Shown piece after piece: positions 1-9,331 of a DNA stretch of 64,000 bases. Every line of letters starts with the position of its first letter. Position 1 is the stretch's first letter. The notes beneath the pieces were generated by a model that ran no database searches, was not told the DNA's origin, and worked only from the letters and a program-made list of their open reading frames with translations. The stretch comes from Acidimicrobiales bacterium. Its GTDB lineage: Bacteria; Actinomycetota; Acidimicrobiia; Acidimicrobiales; AC-14. A program made the position numbers and the translations under genes. Where the stretch lies: positions 2,976 through 66,975 of the forward strand of contig DATLEI010000027.1 in the NCBI GenBank assembly GCA_035525375.1, given 5' to 3'.

Positions 1-2536
1 CGGCGCGCGCCCGCAAGGCCCGCTGCACCCCATCCTTGTTCTCGAGCAGGATACGTCGAAGGGGCCCGGGTAGGGAATCGTCGGCGAGCGCCGAGTCGGT
101 GATAGCCACGGTGGTCTCCTCGACCAGCACGCTCGGAAACAGGCCCTTGATCAGTACCAGCGCTTCCTCGCGGGTGCGCTCGTCCCACCACTGTCGGAAG
201 TTCTTGAAATACGGATCGACGTAGGGCCGGACCAGGTCGACCTGTCCCCAGTGAGCGAATCCACCTGTCAATGATCGCTGAACGGCAAGGCTGTATTCGC
301 CGCCCATGAGCTGGTCCCAGGCCGACGCCTTAGCGTCGGCAGTCGGACGCCCCGCCCGGCACGCCGCGGCGCGCCGCTCGCCGATGTCGGTCGGATCCCG
401 CTGTAGCTCGGCGTCTATTAGCGCCCCGCCGTCGTCGGCAGCCCGAGAGGACAACAAGCCCACGATCTGCCAGCGCAGGTCGGTGTCGACGGCGAGGCCG
501 CCCAAGGTCTCGGTGCCGTCGAGCATGCCTCGGGCGAAGGCGAGATCGGAGTCGCTTTCGGCAGCCGACACTGCGTGGCGGGCCCACACAAGTTGACGGT
601 CGCCGCCAGGCTCGGAGCGCTCGAGCTCTTCGCGGGCCCGGGCCGAGAGCATCTGGCGCGCCGCGGACCGGTTCGAGGGGTCGCCGTAGACGTCGAGCGC
701 GGCCAAGGCCTGGCCGAGGAGGCGGGCGAGCACACTGTCGTCGGCCTCGGTCGCGGCGTGGTCGAGCACGAGCTGCACGAAGCGCCTGGTAGCCAGTTCG
801 CCGTCGCGAACCATGTCCCAGGTCGCGGCCCAACAAAGGCTGCGGGCCAGCGGATCGCGAATCTCGCTCAAAGAATCGGAGAGGGTCGCAATGGAACGGC
901 CGTCGAGGCGAACCTTGGCGTACGTCAAGTCGTCGTCGTTGATGATCAGGAGATCCGGACGAGCGAGACCAACGAGCTCGGCCACGTCCGTACGCGCGCC
1001 GGCGACGTCGACCTCCACGCGCTTCGAGCGCACCACCCCTTCGGGGGTGCGGTTGTAGAGACCGAGCGCAACCCGGTGCGACCGAAGCGTCGGCCAATCA
1101 GGGTGCGCCTCCTGAACGACAGCAAAGGACGTGAACGTACCGTCGTCGCCGCCGGCCTCAGCGGCCGAGAGCGGCGGCACCGCGAACGATGCACGAAGTG
1201 TGTTCACTCCCGCCGTCTCCAGCCACTCCTTCGACCACGCGCCGAGGTCGCGCCCGCTCGTCGCTTCCAAGGCGGCGAGGAAGTCCGACAACTCCGCGTT
1301 CGACCATTCGTGCTCGGGGAAATAGCCCCGCAGCGCCTCTCGGAACTGATCGACACCTACCCAGGCGGCCAGCTGCTTCAGGACTGACGCGCCCTTCGAG
1401 TACGTGATGCCGTCGAAGTGCAGGCGTACGGCATCGGTGTCGACGATGTCGGCGGAGATCGGGTGGGTCGAGGGCAGCTGGTCCTGGCTGGAGGCATGCA
1501 TCTTGGTGCCCCATGCGAAGCGGGCCCACGCCGAAGTGAACCGGGTGGCCTCAGCCTGGGCGTGGGTCGCCATGTACGTGGCGAAGCTCTCGTTGAGCCA
1601 CAAATCGTCCCACCAACGCATGGTCACGAGATCGCCGAACCACATATGGGCCATCTCGTGGAGGATCACGTTGGCCCGGCTCTCGTACGCCGACTCCGTC
1701 ACCCGAGAGCGGAACACCATCTGCTCGTTGAACGTGACGCAACCAGGGTTCTCCATGGCGCCGAAGTTGAACTCGGGGACGAAGAGCTGCTCGTACTTCG
1801 GGAACGGATACGGGTACGCGAACTCCGAGCGGAAGAAGTCGAGCCCCTGGCGGGTGACCTCGAAGATCTCGTCCGGATCAAGGTGCTCGGCCAGCGACTT
1901 CCGGCAGTACAAGCCCAGCGGGATGCCGTCGTGTGAGTCTTCGACTACGTGATACGGGCCGGCAACAACGGCCATCAAGTAGGTGGAGATGACCGCGGTC
2001 GGCGCGAAGCGCCAGACGCCACCCTCGCGCGACACGACAGGGGAGTTGCTGATGACGGTCCATTGCTCGGGCGCAGTCACGCTGAGGGCGTAGGTCGCCT
2101 TGAGGTCGGGTTGGTCGAAGCAGGCGAAGACCCGGTGGGCGTCGAAGGGCTCGAACTGGGTGTGGAGGTACACGTTGCCGTCGACCGGATCGTTGACCCG
2201 GTGCAGCCCGACGCCGGTGTGCTGATAGGCGCAGTCGGCGACTACCCGCAGTTCATTGTTGGCCAGCAGTCCCCGCACCTTGATGCGGCTGGCCGAAGGG
2301 TCATGCGCCCAGGAAAGGTCGACCTCACGATTGTTGAACGTGAACTCGTGCACCGCCTCGGCATCGAGGTCGACGAAGGTGGCCATGCCGACGAGCGGTG
2401 CCGTGAAGTGGATCACCGTCTCGCTGCGAAAGGTCTCCTCCCCTGTCGTCAGGTCGAGCGAGATGTCATAGGAGATGCTCGAGACCTGCTTGGCCCGTTC
2501 CTCGGCCTCGGCACGCGTGAGGTTGTCCTCATTCAT
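1..2536 (-). CDS. pepN: Aminopeptidase N (M1 zinc metallopeptidase); C-terminal end runs off the left edge of the window
   Basis: Absent from the ORF track because it has no stop inside the window. Manual reverse-strand translation from ATG (complement of 2534-2536) gives MNEDNLTRAEAEERAKQV... and stays open to base 1. It contains the GAMEN motif (FNFGAMENPG, about 1741-1772) and HEMAHMWFGD-X-WLNESFA, i.e. HEXXH-X18-E (about 1600-1680). The + strand ORFs 575-2602 are antisense artefacts of this gene. Confidence 0.9.
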   Translation of the reverse strand, partial: MNEDNLTRAEAEERAKQVSSISYDISLDLTTGEETFRSETVIHFTAPLVGMATFVDLDAEAVHEFTFNNREVDLSWAHDPSASRIKVRGLLANNELRVVADCAYQHTGVGLHRVNDPVDGNVYLHTQFEPFDAHRVFACFDQPDLKATYALSVTAPEQWTVISNSPVVSREGGVWRFAPTAVISTYLMAVVAGPYHVVEDSHDGIPLGLYCRKSLAEHLDPDEIFEVTRQGLDFFRSEFAYPYPFPKYEQLFVPEFNFGAMENPGCVTFNEQMVFRSRVTESAYESRANVILHEMAHMWFGDLVTMRWWDDLWLNESFATYMATHAQAEATRFTSAWARFAWGTKMHASSQDQLPSTHPISADIVDTDAVRLHFDGITYSKGASVLKQLAAWVGVDQFREALRGYFPEHEWSNAELSDFLAALEATSGRDLGAWSKEWLETAGVNTLRASFAVPPLSAAEAGGDDGTFTSFAVVQEAHPDWPTLRSHRVALGLYNRTPEGVVRSKRVEVDVAGARTDVAELVGLARPDLLIINDDDLTYAKVRLDGRSIATLSDSLSEIRDPLARSLCWAATWDMVRDGELATRRFVQLVLDHAATEADDSVLARLLGQALAALDVYGDPSNRSAARQMLSARAREELERSEPGGDRQLVWARHAVSAAESDSDLAFARGMLDGTETLGGLAVDTDLRWQIVGLLSSRAADDGGALIDAELQRDPTDIGERRAAACRAGRPTADAKASAWDQLMGGEYSLAVQRSLTGGFAHWGQVDLVRPYVDPYFKNFRQWWDERTREEALVLIKGLFPSVLVEETTVAITDSALADDSLPGPLRRILLENKDGVQRALRARA

Positions 2537-2601
2537 GGGCTCAGTATGCCCGGCGTCACTGCACCCGGCCGCCGGCGAGATGTACGGATACTCTTCGGGT
2601 G

Positions 2602-3702
2602 ATGCGTGTTGGTCTCGTGTGCCCTTACAGCCTTTCGTTACCTGGGGGCGTACAAGGCCAGGTGCTCGGTCTGGCCCGGGCCCTACGGGCCAAGGGCCAC
2701 GACGCTCGGGTCCTCGGCCCGTGCGACGGCCCGCCACCGGAAACCGGCGTGATTCCCCTCGGAGACACCGTCGCCACACTCGCCAATGGGTCGGTCGCAC
2801 CATTAGCGCCCGATATCCCGTGCGTCCTGCGTACGATCCGAGCACTGCGCGACGAGGACTTCGACGTCGTCCACCTCCACGAGCCATTGGCCCCCGGACC
2901 CACCTTGACCAGTGTGGTGTTCACCTCGACCCCCACGGTGGGTACGTTCCACGCCGCGGGCACGAGCGCGGCGTATCTCTATCTTCGCCCCCTGACCCGT
3001 TGGCTCGGGCGACAGCTCAGCATCCGCTGTGCGGTCTCCGAGGACGCCCGCGACATGGCATCGCGCGCCCTCGGTGGTGAGTACCTGGTCGTGCACAACG
3101 GCATCGACATCGAGCGCTTCGCCAAGGCAAGCCCGTGGCCGACCGATGCTCCCACGATCCTGTTCTTGTCGCGCCATGAGTCCCGCAAGGGGCTCGCCGT
3201 GCTCTTGGAGGCGCTCGACTATCTCCCGGGCGATGTTCGCCTCTGGGTTGCGAGCGACGGACCCGAGACGGGGCGTCTGCGAGCCAAGGTCGCTGGCGAC
3301 GCGCGGGTCGAGTGGCTCGGGCGGATTACCGAGGAGGAGAAGGCGCAACGCCTGCGCACCGCGGACGTCCTCTGCGCGCCGTCACTCGGCGGAGAGTCGT
3401 TCGGGATGGTGCTGCTGGAGGGTATGGCGGCCCAGACCGCGATCGTGGCCAGCGACCTTCCTGGCTACAGCAATGTGGCCCGCCACGAGAAAGAGGCCCT
3501 GCTGGTGCGGCGAGGCGATCCGCAAGCCCTTGCCGGCGCGCTCCGGCGCGTGCTCGACGAGCCGCAGTTGGCCGAATCTCTGGTCGCAGGCGGCGAGGCC
3601 CGCGCCGCCGAATTCTCGATGGAGTCTCTTGCCGACCGGTACGTCGAACTGTATGGGCAAGCGGCCCGCACTTCAGGACTGAAAGTCGATAACCACGCGT
3701 GA
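2602..3702 (+). CDS. GT-B family 4 glycosyltransferase, PimA-like (candidate phosphatidylinositol mannosyltransferase)
   Basis: ORF track 2599-3702 (GTG immediately followed by ATG at 2602). It has the N-terminus MRVGLVCPYSLSLPGGVQGQV and a C-terminal GGESFGMVLLEGMAAQTAIVASD (E-X7-E region) typical of GT4 enzymes. It sits beside pdxST-yebC-ruvCAB as pimA does in mycobacteria. The substrate is inferred only. Confidence 0.8.
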   Translation: MRVGLVCPYSLSLPGGVQGQVLGLARALRAKGHDARVLGPCDGPPPETGVIPLGDTVATLANGSVAPLAPDIPCVLRTIRALRDEDFDVVHLHEPLAPGPTLTSVVFTSTPTVGTFHAAGTSAAYLYLRPLTRWLGRQLSIRCAVSEDARDMASRALGGEYLVVHNGIDIERFAKASPWPTDAPTILFLSRHESRKGLAVLLEALDYLPGDVRLWVASDGPETGRLRAKVAGDARVEWLGRITEEEKAQRLRTADVLCAPSLGGESFGMVLLEGMAAQTAIVASDLPGYSNVARHEKEALLVRRGDPQALAGALRRVLDEPQLAESLVAGGEARAAEFSMESLADRYVELYGQAARTSGLKVDNHA

Positions 3703-4290
3703 CGGTGAGGGCAACAGTTGCACCTTGAATGGTGCCTCCCGCCGAAGCCCCACGGCCCAGGTCACGTAGCCCTCGAAGTCGCTCACCTGTACGAGCTCGG
3801 CGACGACCGGCGTCCCGCTCGGTGTGAAGCGCTTCGGCCCCGTGTAGGTCTCTCGCACACCGTCGACCCCGAGGTCGGCCGAGCCCGCGCTGGCGAAGAC
3901 CAACTTCACGACGGCGGCGCCGTCAATGGGTATGGCCGCACCTGAGTCCTCGTTCCTCAGCGGCTCCGTGAGATACGCCGCGCTATAGCCCGGCGTAGGC
4001 CCCTCGAACTCGAACACGACTCTGTCGTAGCCGGGGTGGGAGTCGGCGCGAACGGCAGTGAGGAACGCCTTCGGACCATTCTGCGGGGGCGTTGACGTCG
4101 GCGTGGTCGCGGCTCCCGCCAGCACCTCGGCCGCCGGAGACGTCGTTGCGGAAGACGCAGTGGTAGCGGGCCTATGCACAGACGACGACGGACCCGACGA
4201 GGCGTTGGTCGAGTCATTGTCGGAACCGCATGCCGAGAGGGCGAGTCCGGCGACGGCCAGCACGGCCATGACGTTCCGGGGTGTGAGCAC
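3673..4290 (-). CDS. Secreted lipoprotein, unknown function
   Basis: ORF track 3673-4407 (-). The first 39 codons overlap lemA and look non-coding. GTG at 4290 (alternative ATG 4269) gives VLTPRNVMAVLAVAGLALSAC with a lipobox (LSAC). A Ser/Thr/Pro/Ala-rich linker follows, then a C-terminal domain (RVVFEFEG...RVVIDFQS) that I cannot assign. The 3' end overlaps the convergent glycosyltransferase by 30 nt. Confidence 0.65.
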   Translation of the reverse strand: MLTPRNVMAVLAVAGLALSACGSDNDSTNASSGPSSSVHRPATTASSATTSPAAEVLAGAATTPTSTPPQNGPKAFLTAVRADSHPGYDRVVFEFEGPTPGYSAAYLTEPLRNEDSGAAIPIDGAAVVKLVFASAGSADLGVDGVRETYTGPKRFTPSGTPVVAELVQVSDFEGYVTWAVGLRREAPFKVQLLPSPSRVVIDFQS

Positions 4291-4363
4291 GGCCCGAGGG
4301 TACTTGTCAGCGACTACGCGCCGGTGGTCCGTATGATGGCGTCCGGTACCTAGGAGGACTCTC

Positions 4364-4915
4364 ATGGTCGTGCTCATCATTGCGATCGCCATAGTGGTGA
4401 TCCTCATTCTCTATGTCATCGTTTCCTACAACGGCCTGGTGCGGCTGCGGAACCGCATTGACAACGCGTGGTCGCAGATCGACGTCCAGTTGCGCCGGCG
4501 TTACGACCTCATCCCGAACCTGGTGGAGACGGTCAAGGGCTACGCGGCCCACGAGAAGGGCACCTTCGAGGCAGTCACCCAGGCCCGGGCCAACGCGCTC
4601 AACGCGCAGAGTGTCGGCGACCAGGCCCAGGCCGAGAACATGCTTACGGGGGCCCTCAAGTCGCTTTTCGCCGTCTCGGAGGCCTACCCCGACCTGAAGG
4701 CCAACCAGAACTTCTTGTCGCTCCAGGAGGAGCTGAGCGCGACGGAGGGGCGTATCGCCTACGCCCGCCAGTTCTACAACGACTCCGTGCTCAAGCTGAA
4801 CACGAAGATCCAGAGCTTCCCCTCCAACATCCTGGCCCGGATGTTCGGATTCACCGAGCGTGACTATTTCGAGGCCGACGACGCGTCGCGTGGTCCTGTC
4901 TCGGTCCAGTTCTGA
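4364..4915 (+). CDS. lemA: LemA family membrane protein
   Basis: ORF track 183 aa. It has an N-terminal TM helix followed by [55 protein letters not shown], the characteristic LemA core. Confidence 0.9.
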   Translation: MVVLIIAIAIVVILILYVIVSYNGLVRLRNRIDNAWSQIDVQLRRRYDLIPNLVETVKGYAAHEKGTFEAVTQARANALNAQSVGDQAQAENMLTGALKSLFAVSEAYPDLKANQNFLSLQEELSATEGRIAYARQFYNDSVLKLNTKIQSFPSNILARMFGFTERDYFEADDASRGPVSVQF

Positions 4916-4951
4916 GCCGGTCCGCAGGGCCGAGAGCGGGATAGGCGCGCC

Positions 4952-5863
4952 CTGTACGAGCAGATCTCATCAAACAAGAGGCGGTCGGTACTCCTCGTAG
5001 GAGCGTTCGTGCTCGTGGTCGTCGCGGCCGCGTTTGCAGCTGACCTTCTCATCGGGTTTGGCTGGGTCGGGCTGGTGATCGCCCTCGTGGCAGTCGGGAT
5101 CGGCTCGTTCATCGCCTACTGGAAGTCCGACGCCATTGCCCTCCGGATGAGCTTGGCGAACCCGGCTGATCCCACGACCTACGCCCGCCTCCACAACCTC
5201 GTCGAGGGTCTCTGCATTGCCGCCGGCCTGCCGAAGCCGCGCGTCTACGTCATCAACGACCCCGCACCCAATGCCTTCGCGACCGGTCGCAACCCGAAGC
5301 ACGCCGCGATCGCCGTCACCACGGGTCTGCTGGAGAAGATGAACCGGGTCGAGCTCGAAGGAGTGCTGGCCCACGAGCTCAGTCACATCAAGAACTACGA
5401 CATCCTCGTTTCGACCCTGGCGGTCGTCTTCGTCGGCACCGTCGCCCTGCTGGCCGATTTCACCCTGCGCTTCATGTGGTGGGGTGGTCCGAGGGAGAGC
5501 GACTACGACAGCGACAGTGGGCCAGGGGCGACGGCCATATTCGCAATCGTCGGGCTCGTGCTCCTGTTGATACTTCCGATTGTTGCCAAGCTGATGCAGT
5601 TCGCGGTGAGTCGGAGGCGTGAAGCGCTAGCTGATTTCAGCGGCGTGCAGATGACCCGGTACCCACCCGGCCTTATTGCCGCCCTCGAAAAGCTCAAGGA
5701 CGACTCCACCGTCGTGCACTCATCGTCGCGCGCGACAGCGCACTTGTGGATCGAGGAGCCATTGGCTCGCAAGCCGGAAGAGGGTCGCCTAGCTTGGCTG
5801 AATCGGCTCTTCGAGACCCACCCTCCGCTGGAAGAGCGCATCCAGGCCTTGAAGGAGCTGTGA
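4952..5863 (+). CDS. htpX: M48 family zinc metalloprotease, HtpX-like
   Basis: HELSHIKNYD (HEXXH) and NAFATGRNP motifs. The ORF track starts at GTG 5009, but the in-frame upstream codons encode ..SSNKRRSVLLVGAFVL.., which matches the HtpX N-terminus and first TM helix. The only upstream candidates after the lemA TGA (4913-4915, same frame) are CTG 4952 and ATC 4964. The stop is certain; the 5' end is uncertain (4952, 4964 or 5009). Confidence 0.85.
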   Translation: MYEQISSNKRRSVLLVGAFVLVVVAAAFAADLLIGFGWVGLVIALVAVGIGSFIAYWKSDAIALRMSLANPADPTTYARLHNLVEGLCIAAGLPKPRVYVINDPAPNAFATGRNPKHAAIAVTTGLLEKMNRVELEGVLAHELSHIKNYDILVSTLAVVFVGTVALLADFTLRFMWWGGPRESDYDSDSGPGATAIFAIVGLVLLLILPIVAKLMQFAVSRRREALADFSGVQMTRYPPGLIAALEKLKDDSTVVHSSSRATAHLWIEEPLARKPEEGRLAWLNRLFETHPPLEERIQALKEL

Positions 5864-6912
5864 TGAAGATGCCCCTCAGGTTCGTTCGCGGACGGACGCT
5901 CCTCATCCTTGCCGTGATCGTCGCCCTCGCCGCCGGCGCGTGCTCCTCGGACTCGAGCGCCGCCAAACTCGCAGCCCCGACAACAACGACACTCCCGCCG
6001 GTGTTCCCATTGACCGGCAAGCCGGTCTCCGACCCAGCGGCCGCGGCCCGCCCGGCAACCACAGTAAAGATCGACAACATCGCCGTCGCCCGTCCCCAAG
6101 CGGGCATCGACAAGGCCGACATCGTCTTCGAGGAGTTCACCGAGGGCATCACCCGCTTTGTCGTTGTCTTCCAATCGACGACCGCCGACAGTGTCGGGCC
6201 GGTTCGATCCGTTCGGCCTGCCGACCCCACGATCGTGACGCCGTTCGGTGGCGTACTCGCCTTCTCCGGCGGCGCGCCGGCCATCGTCGAGCTCGCGAAG
6301 GCGTCGCCGTTGACGATTGTCGATGAGAACAGTGCCGACGTCATGAAGCGAAGGTCGGGACGATCGGCGCCGCACAACCTCTACACCTCGACCGATGGAT
6401 TGCTGTCGAAGGCACCTCCGGGCGCGCCGGCGCCGCCGACCTTTGCCAACTTTTTGCGCCCGGGGCAGTCCTTCGGGGGCGCCGGGGCCGTTCCCATTAC
6501 GAACCTCAGTGTGGTGCCGGCCCCGTCGTTGAAGGCCGATTACGAGTGGGACGCGGCGTCGAGTGGCTGGAAGCGGGCGACCGACGGTAGAGCGCACGCG
6601 CTCGAAGGCGGCGGGCAGATAGCGCCGGCGAACGTCATCATCCAGTTCACGCCGTACTCGGTGTTCCCGCCCGATCCCAAGGTGCAGTTTCCCGAGGTCG
6701 TCGGGACGGGTGAGGCGTGGGTCTTCGCCAGCGGTCAGATGGTGAAGGGTCGCTGGACCAAGTCTGCTGCGGGCACGATGACGACCTTTACCGACACGGC
6801 CGGCGCGCCGATCGTGCTCCCGCCGGGTCAGACATGGGTTCATTTCGTCGCACCCGACGCGCCGGTCACACCCACCGGTCCCGCGCCGGCACCCGCCCCC
6901 GCCGCGCCGTAG
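5863..6912 (+). CDS. DUF3048 domain-containing (YerB-like) putative lipoprotein
   Basis: The C-terminal part of ORF 5746-6912 is the real gene. ATG 5863 shares one base with the htpX TGA (TGATG). The signal peptide MKMPLRFVRGRTLLILAVIVALAAGAC is followed by PLTG...ARPATTVKIDNIAVARPQAGIDKADIVFEEFTEGITRFVVVF, typical of DUF3048. Confidence 0.75.
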   Translation: MKMPLRFVRGRTLLILAVIVALAAGACSSDSSAAKLAAPTTTTLPPVFPLTGKPVSDPAAAARPATTVKIDNIAVARPQAGIDKADIVFEEFTEGITRFVVVFQSTTADSVGPVRSVRPADPTIVTPFGGVLAFSGGAPAIVELAKASPLTIVDENSADVMKRRSGRSAPHNLYTSTDGLLSKAPPGAPAPPTFANFLRPGQSFGGAGAVPITNLSVVPAPSLKADYEWDAASSGWKRATDGRAHALEGGGQIAPANVIIQFTPYSVFPPDPKVQFPEVVGTGEAWVFASGQMVKGRWTKSAAGTMTTFTDTAGAPIVLPPGQTWVHFVAPDAPVTPTGPAPAPAPAAP

Positions 6913-6966
6913 CCCGGTTCGGTTACTCCGCCAGTCTTCGAGGGCGACCCGGGTACGATTACTGAC

Positions 6967-7857
6967 GTGAGTGAGATACGGCGCGAAACCGGTACCGAGG
7001 CCGTCAAGCGCGGACTGGCCGAGATGCTGAGTGGCGGCGTGATCATGGATGTCGTCAACGCGGAGCAAGCGTCGCTGGCTGAGGACGCTGGCGCGGTGGC
7101 CGTCATGGCCCTCGAGCGGGTACCCGCCGACATCCGGCGCGACGGTGGCGTCGCCCGCATGAGCGACCCGACCATGATCGAACAGATCAAAAGTGCGGTC
7201 ACGATTCCCGTCATGGCCAAGGCGCGCATCGGTCATTTCGTCGAAGCCCAGATACTCGAGGCGCTCGGCGTCGACTATGTCGACGAGAGCGAGGTGCTGA
7301 CCCCCGCGGACGAGGCGCACCACATCGACAAGTGGGCCTTCACCGTCCCCTTCGTGTGCGGGGCCACAAACCTCGGCGAGGCGCTCCGCCGGGTCTCGGA
7401 GGGTGCTGCGATGATCCGGTCCAAGGGGGAGGCGGGCACGGGCAACATCGTGGAGGCCGTGCGCCACCTCCGCTCGATTCTGGGCGACATCCGCAAGGTC
7501 ACTCAGGCCGACGCTGCCGAACGATTCGCCTGGGCCAAGCAGCTACAGGCGCCGATCTCGCTCGTCACCGAGGTCGCCGACACCGGGCGCCTGCCGGTTC
7601 CGTTGTTCTGTGCTGGAGGCATCGCCACCCCGGCCGACGCCGCCCTCGTCATGCAGCTCGGGGCCGAAGCCGTTTTCGTCGGCTCGGGAATCTTCAAGAG
7701 CGCCGATCCCGAGGCTCGGGCCAAAGCCATCGTCGAGGCCACGGCGCACTTCGACGATCCTCACATCCTCGTCAAGGTCAGCCGGGCGCTGGGCGAACCG
7801 ATGCCTGGCGAGGAGATCGCCGGCCTGGGAACCCGTCTGGCCGACCGGGGCTGGTAG
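6967..7857 (+). CDS. pdxS: Pyridoxal 5'-phosphate synthase lyase subunit PdxS
   Basis: ORF track 296 aa. [23 protein letters not shown]...[22 protein letters not shown]...[15 protein letters not shown] is near-invariant PdxS sequence. Confidence 0.97.
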   Translation: MSEIRRETGTEAVKRGLAEMLSGGVIMDVVNAEQASLAEDAGAVAVMALERVPADIRRDGGVARMSDPTMIEQIKSAVTIPVMAKARIGHFVEAQILEALGVDYVDESEVLTPADEAHHIDKWAFTVPFVCGATNLGEALRRVSEGAAMIRSKGEAGTGNIVEAVRHLRSILGDIRKVTQADAAERFAWAKQLQAPISLVTEVADTGRLPVPLFCAGGIATPADAALVMQLGAEAVFVGSGIFKSADPEARAKAIVEATAHFDDPHILVKVSRALGEPMPGEEIAGLGTRLADRGW

Positions 7858-7886
7858 GTCGCACAAGGTGCCCCCAGGTGTCCGGG

Positions 7887-8456
7887 ATGAAAGTCGGCGT
7901 GCTCGCACTCCAGGGAGCCGCTCAGCGCCACGCTGAGTCACTTGCGGCCCTCGGCGCCCACCCTGTGCTGGTGCGGCGTCCAGAAGACCTCTCGGACGTC
8001 GATGCGCTCGTGTTGCCCGGCGGCGAGTCGACGACGATGTCCCGACTCCTCACGACCTCCGGCTTGTTCGAACCCATTGCCGAGCGTCTGACCGGTGGCG
8101 TACCCGTCTTCGGCACGTGCGCCGGCATGATTCTGCTGGCGACTGAGATCCTCGACGGCCGCAAGGATCAGCGCTCGTTCGGGACTGTCGACATCTCGGT
8201 TCGCCGCAACGGTTTCGGGCGCCAGATCGACTCCTTCCAGGTCGCCATAGCCATTTCAGGACTTCCCGGCGACGCTTTTCCGGCCACCTTCATCCGGGCC
8301 CCCGTCGTCGACCGCGCCGGGCCCGGCGTCGAGGTACTGGCTGAGGTCGACGGTCGGCCCGTGCTGTGCCGCATGGGTCCGGCGTTGGTGAGCGCCTTCC
8401 ATCCCGAACTCTCCGGCGACCTCCGCCTGCACCAACGATTCCTCAGCGAAGCCTGA
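7887..8456 (+). CDS. pdxT: Pyridoxal 5'-phosphate synthase glutaminase subunit PdxT
   Basis: Only the 3' part of ORF 7332-8456 is real. ATG 7887 gives MKVGVLALQGAAQRHAESL...LVLPGGESTTM...FGTCAGMILLA (catalytic Cys) ...FHPEL. Confidence 0.95.
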   Translation: MKVGVLALQGAAQRHAESLAALGAHPVLVRRPEDLSDVDALVLPGGESTTMSRLLTTSGLFEPIAERLTGGVPVFGTCAGMILLATEILDGRKDQRSFGTVDISVRRNGFGRQIDSFQVAIAISGLPGDAFPATFIRAPVVDRAGPGVEVLAEVDGRPVLCRMGPALVSAFHPELSGDLRLHQRFLSEA

Positions 8457-8471
8457 GCAAGGAGCGAAGCG

Positions 8472-9221
8472 ATGTCAGGACACTCCAAGTGGGCGACGAT
8501 CAAGCACAAGAAGGGCGCTGTCGACAAGGCCCGAGGGAAGCTCTTCGCCAAGCTCATCCGCCAGGTCGAAGTTGCCGCTCGCGAGGGCGGCAGCGATATG
8601 GACTCGAACTCGACGTTGCGCACGATGTATCAAAAGGCTCGCGACGCATCCGTACCAACGGACACGATCGAGCGCGCAGTCAAGAGGGGCACCGGCGAGC
8701 TCGAAGGGGTCAATTATGAACCCGTCACCTACGAGGGCTACGGCCCCGCCGGTGTGGCGTTCATCGTCGAATGCCTGACCGACAACCGCAACCGCACTGG
8801 GGCCGACGTGCGCACGGTGTTTTCCAAGAACGGTGGTTCGAGTGCCGAACCGGGCTCGGTCGCGTGGCAGTTCGCCCGCAAGGGCGTGATCATGGTCGAC
8901 AAGCCCGACGACGAGGACGCGCTGATGCTGGTGGCGTTGGAAGCCGGCGCGGAAGACATCGACGATCAAGGCGACACCTGGCAGATCACGACGGCTCCCC
9001 AGGACCTGGCCAAGATCCGGCACTCGCTCGAGGAGGCGGAGATCCCGGTGCAGTCGGCTGAGCTGACAATGCTGCCCAAGAACACGGTGCAGCTCGAGTC
9101 GGAGAGCGATGCCCGCAAGGTCCTGCGGCTCATCGACCTGCTCGAAGACTACGACGACGTCCAGGCCGTGTACGCCAACTTCGACATCCCAGATGAGGTC
9201 CTTTCCATCGTTTCTGCGTAG
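8472..9221 (+). CDS. yebC: YebC/PmpR family DNA-binding transcriptional regulator
   Basis: ORF track 249 aa. MSGHSKWATIKHKKGAVDKARGKLFAKL is the diagnostic YebC N-terminus. Confidence 0.95.
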   Translation: MSGHSKWATIKHKKGAVDKARGKLFAKLIRQVEVAAREGGSDMDSNSTLRTMYQKARDASVPTDTIERAVKRGTGELEGVNYEPVTYEGYGPAGVAFIVECLTDNRNRTGADVRTVFSKNGGSSAEPGSVAWQFARKGVIMVDKPDDEDALMLVALEAGAEDIDDQGDTWQITTAPQDLAKIRHSLEEAEIPVQSAELTMLPKNTVQLESESDARKVLRLIDLLEDYDDVQAVYANFDIPDEVLSIVSA

Positions 9222-9331
9222 AGGTACTCCGCCACGAATCGTGTGTCCGACCGAGGTGGCAGGGAGTACGACTGGGCGAAATAGGTCAGTTGACCGATGT
9301 TTTCGGGAATCGGTGCCGCGATTATCCGATC

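Noticed and set aside
575-2602. Three consecutive + strand ORFs (575-1387, 1404-1952, 1949-2602) at the left edge
   Set aside because: They are antisense to the pepN reading frame, which carries GAMEN and HEXXH-X18-E. Their translations have no recognisable motifs.
5503-7467. 654-aa minus-strand ORF, the longest non-annotated ORF in the track
   Set aside because: It runs antisense to htpX, the DUF3048 gene and pdxS, all of which have unmistakable family motifs. Its product is Arg/Gly/Asp/Pro-rich low-complexity sequence. This is typical of stop-free antisense frames in high-GC DNA.
7332-7886. Long N-terminal extension of the pdxT ORF (ORF track 7332-8456)
   Set aside because: The extension overlaps pdxS out of frame and is Arg/Gly-rich. 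PdxT homology begins exactly at ATG 7887 (MKVGVLALQG). The same logic was applied to trim ORFs 5746, 14088, 22374, 25346, 38760, 39973, 47869, 54153, 54460, 58562 and 61034.
9224-9269. Possible hairpin after yebC (GTACTCC ... GGAGTAC)
   Set aside because: It has only 7 contiguous base pairs around a loop of more than 30 nt and no U-tract. It is too weak to call a terminator or regulatory element.
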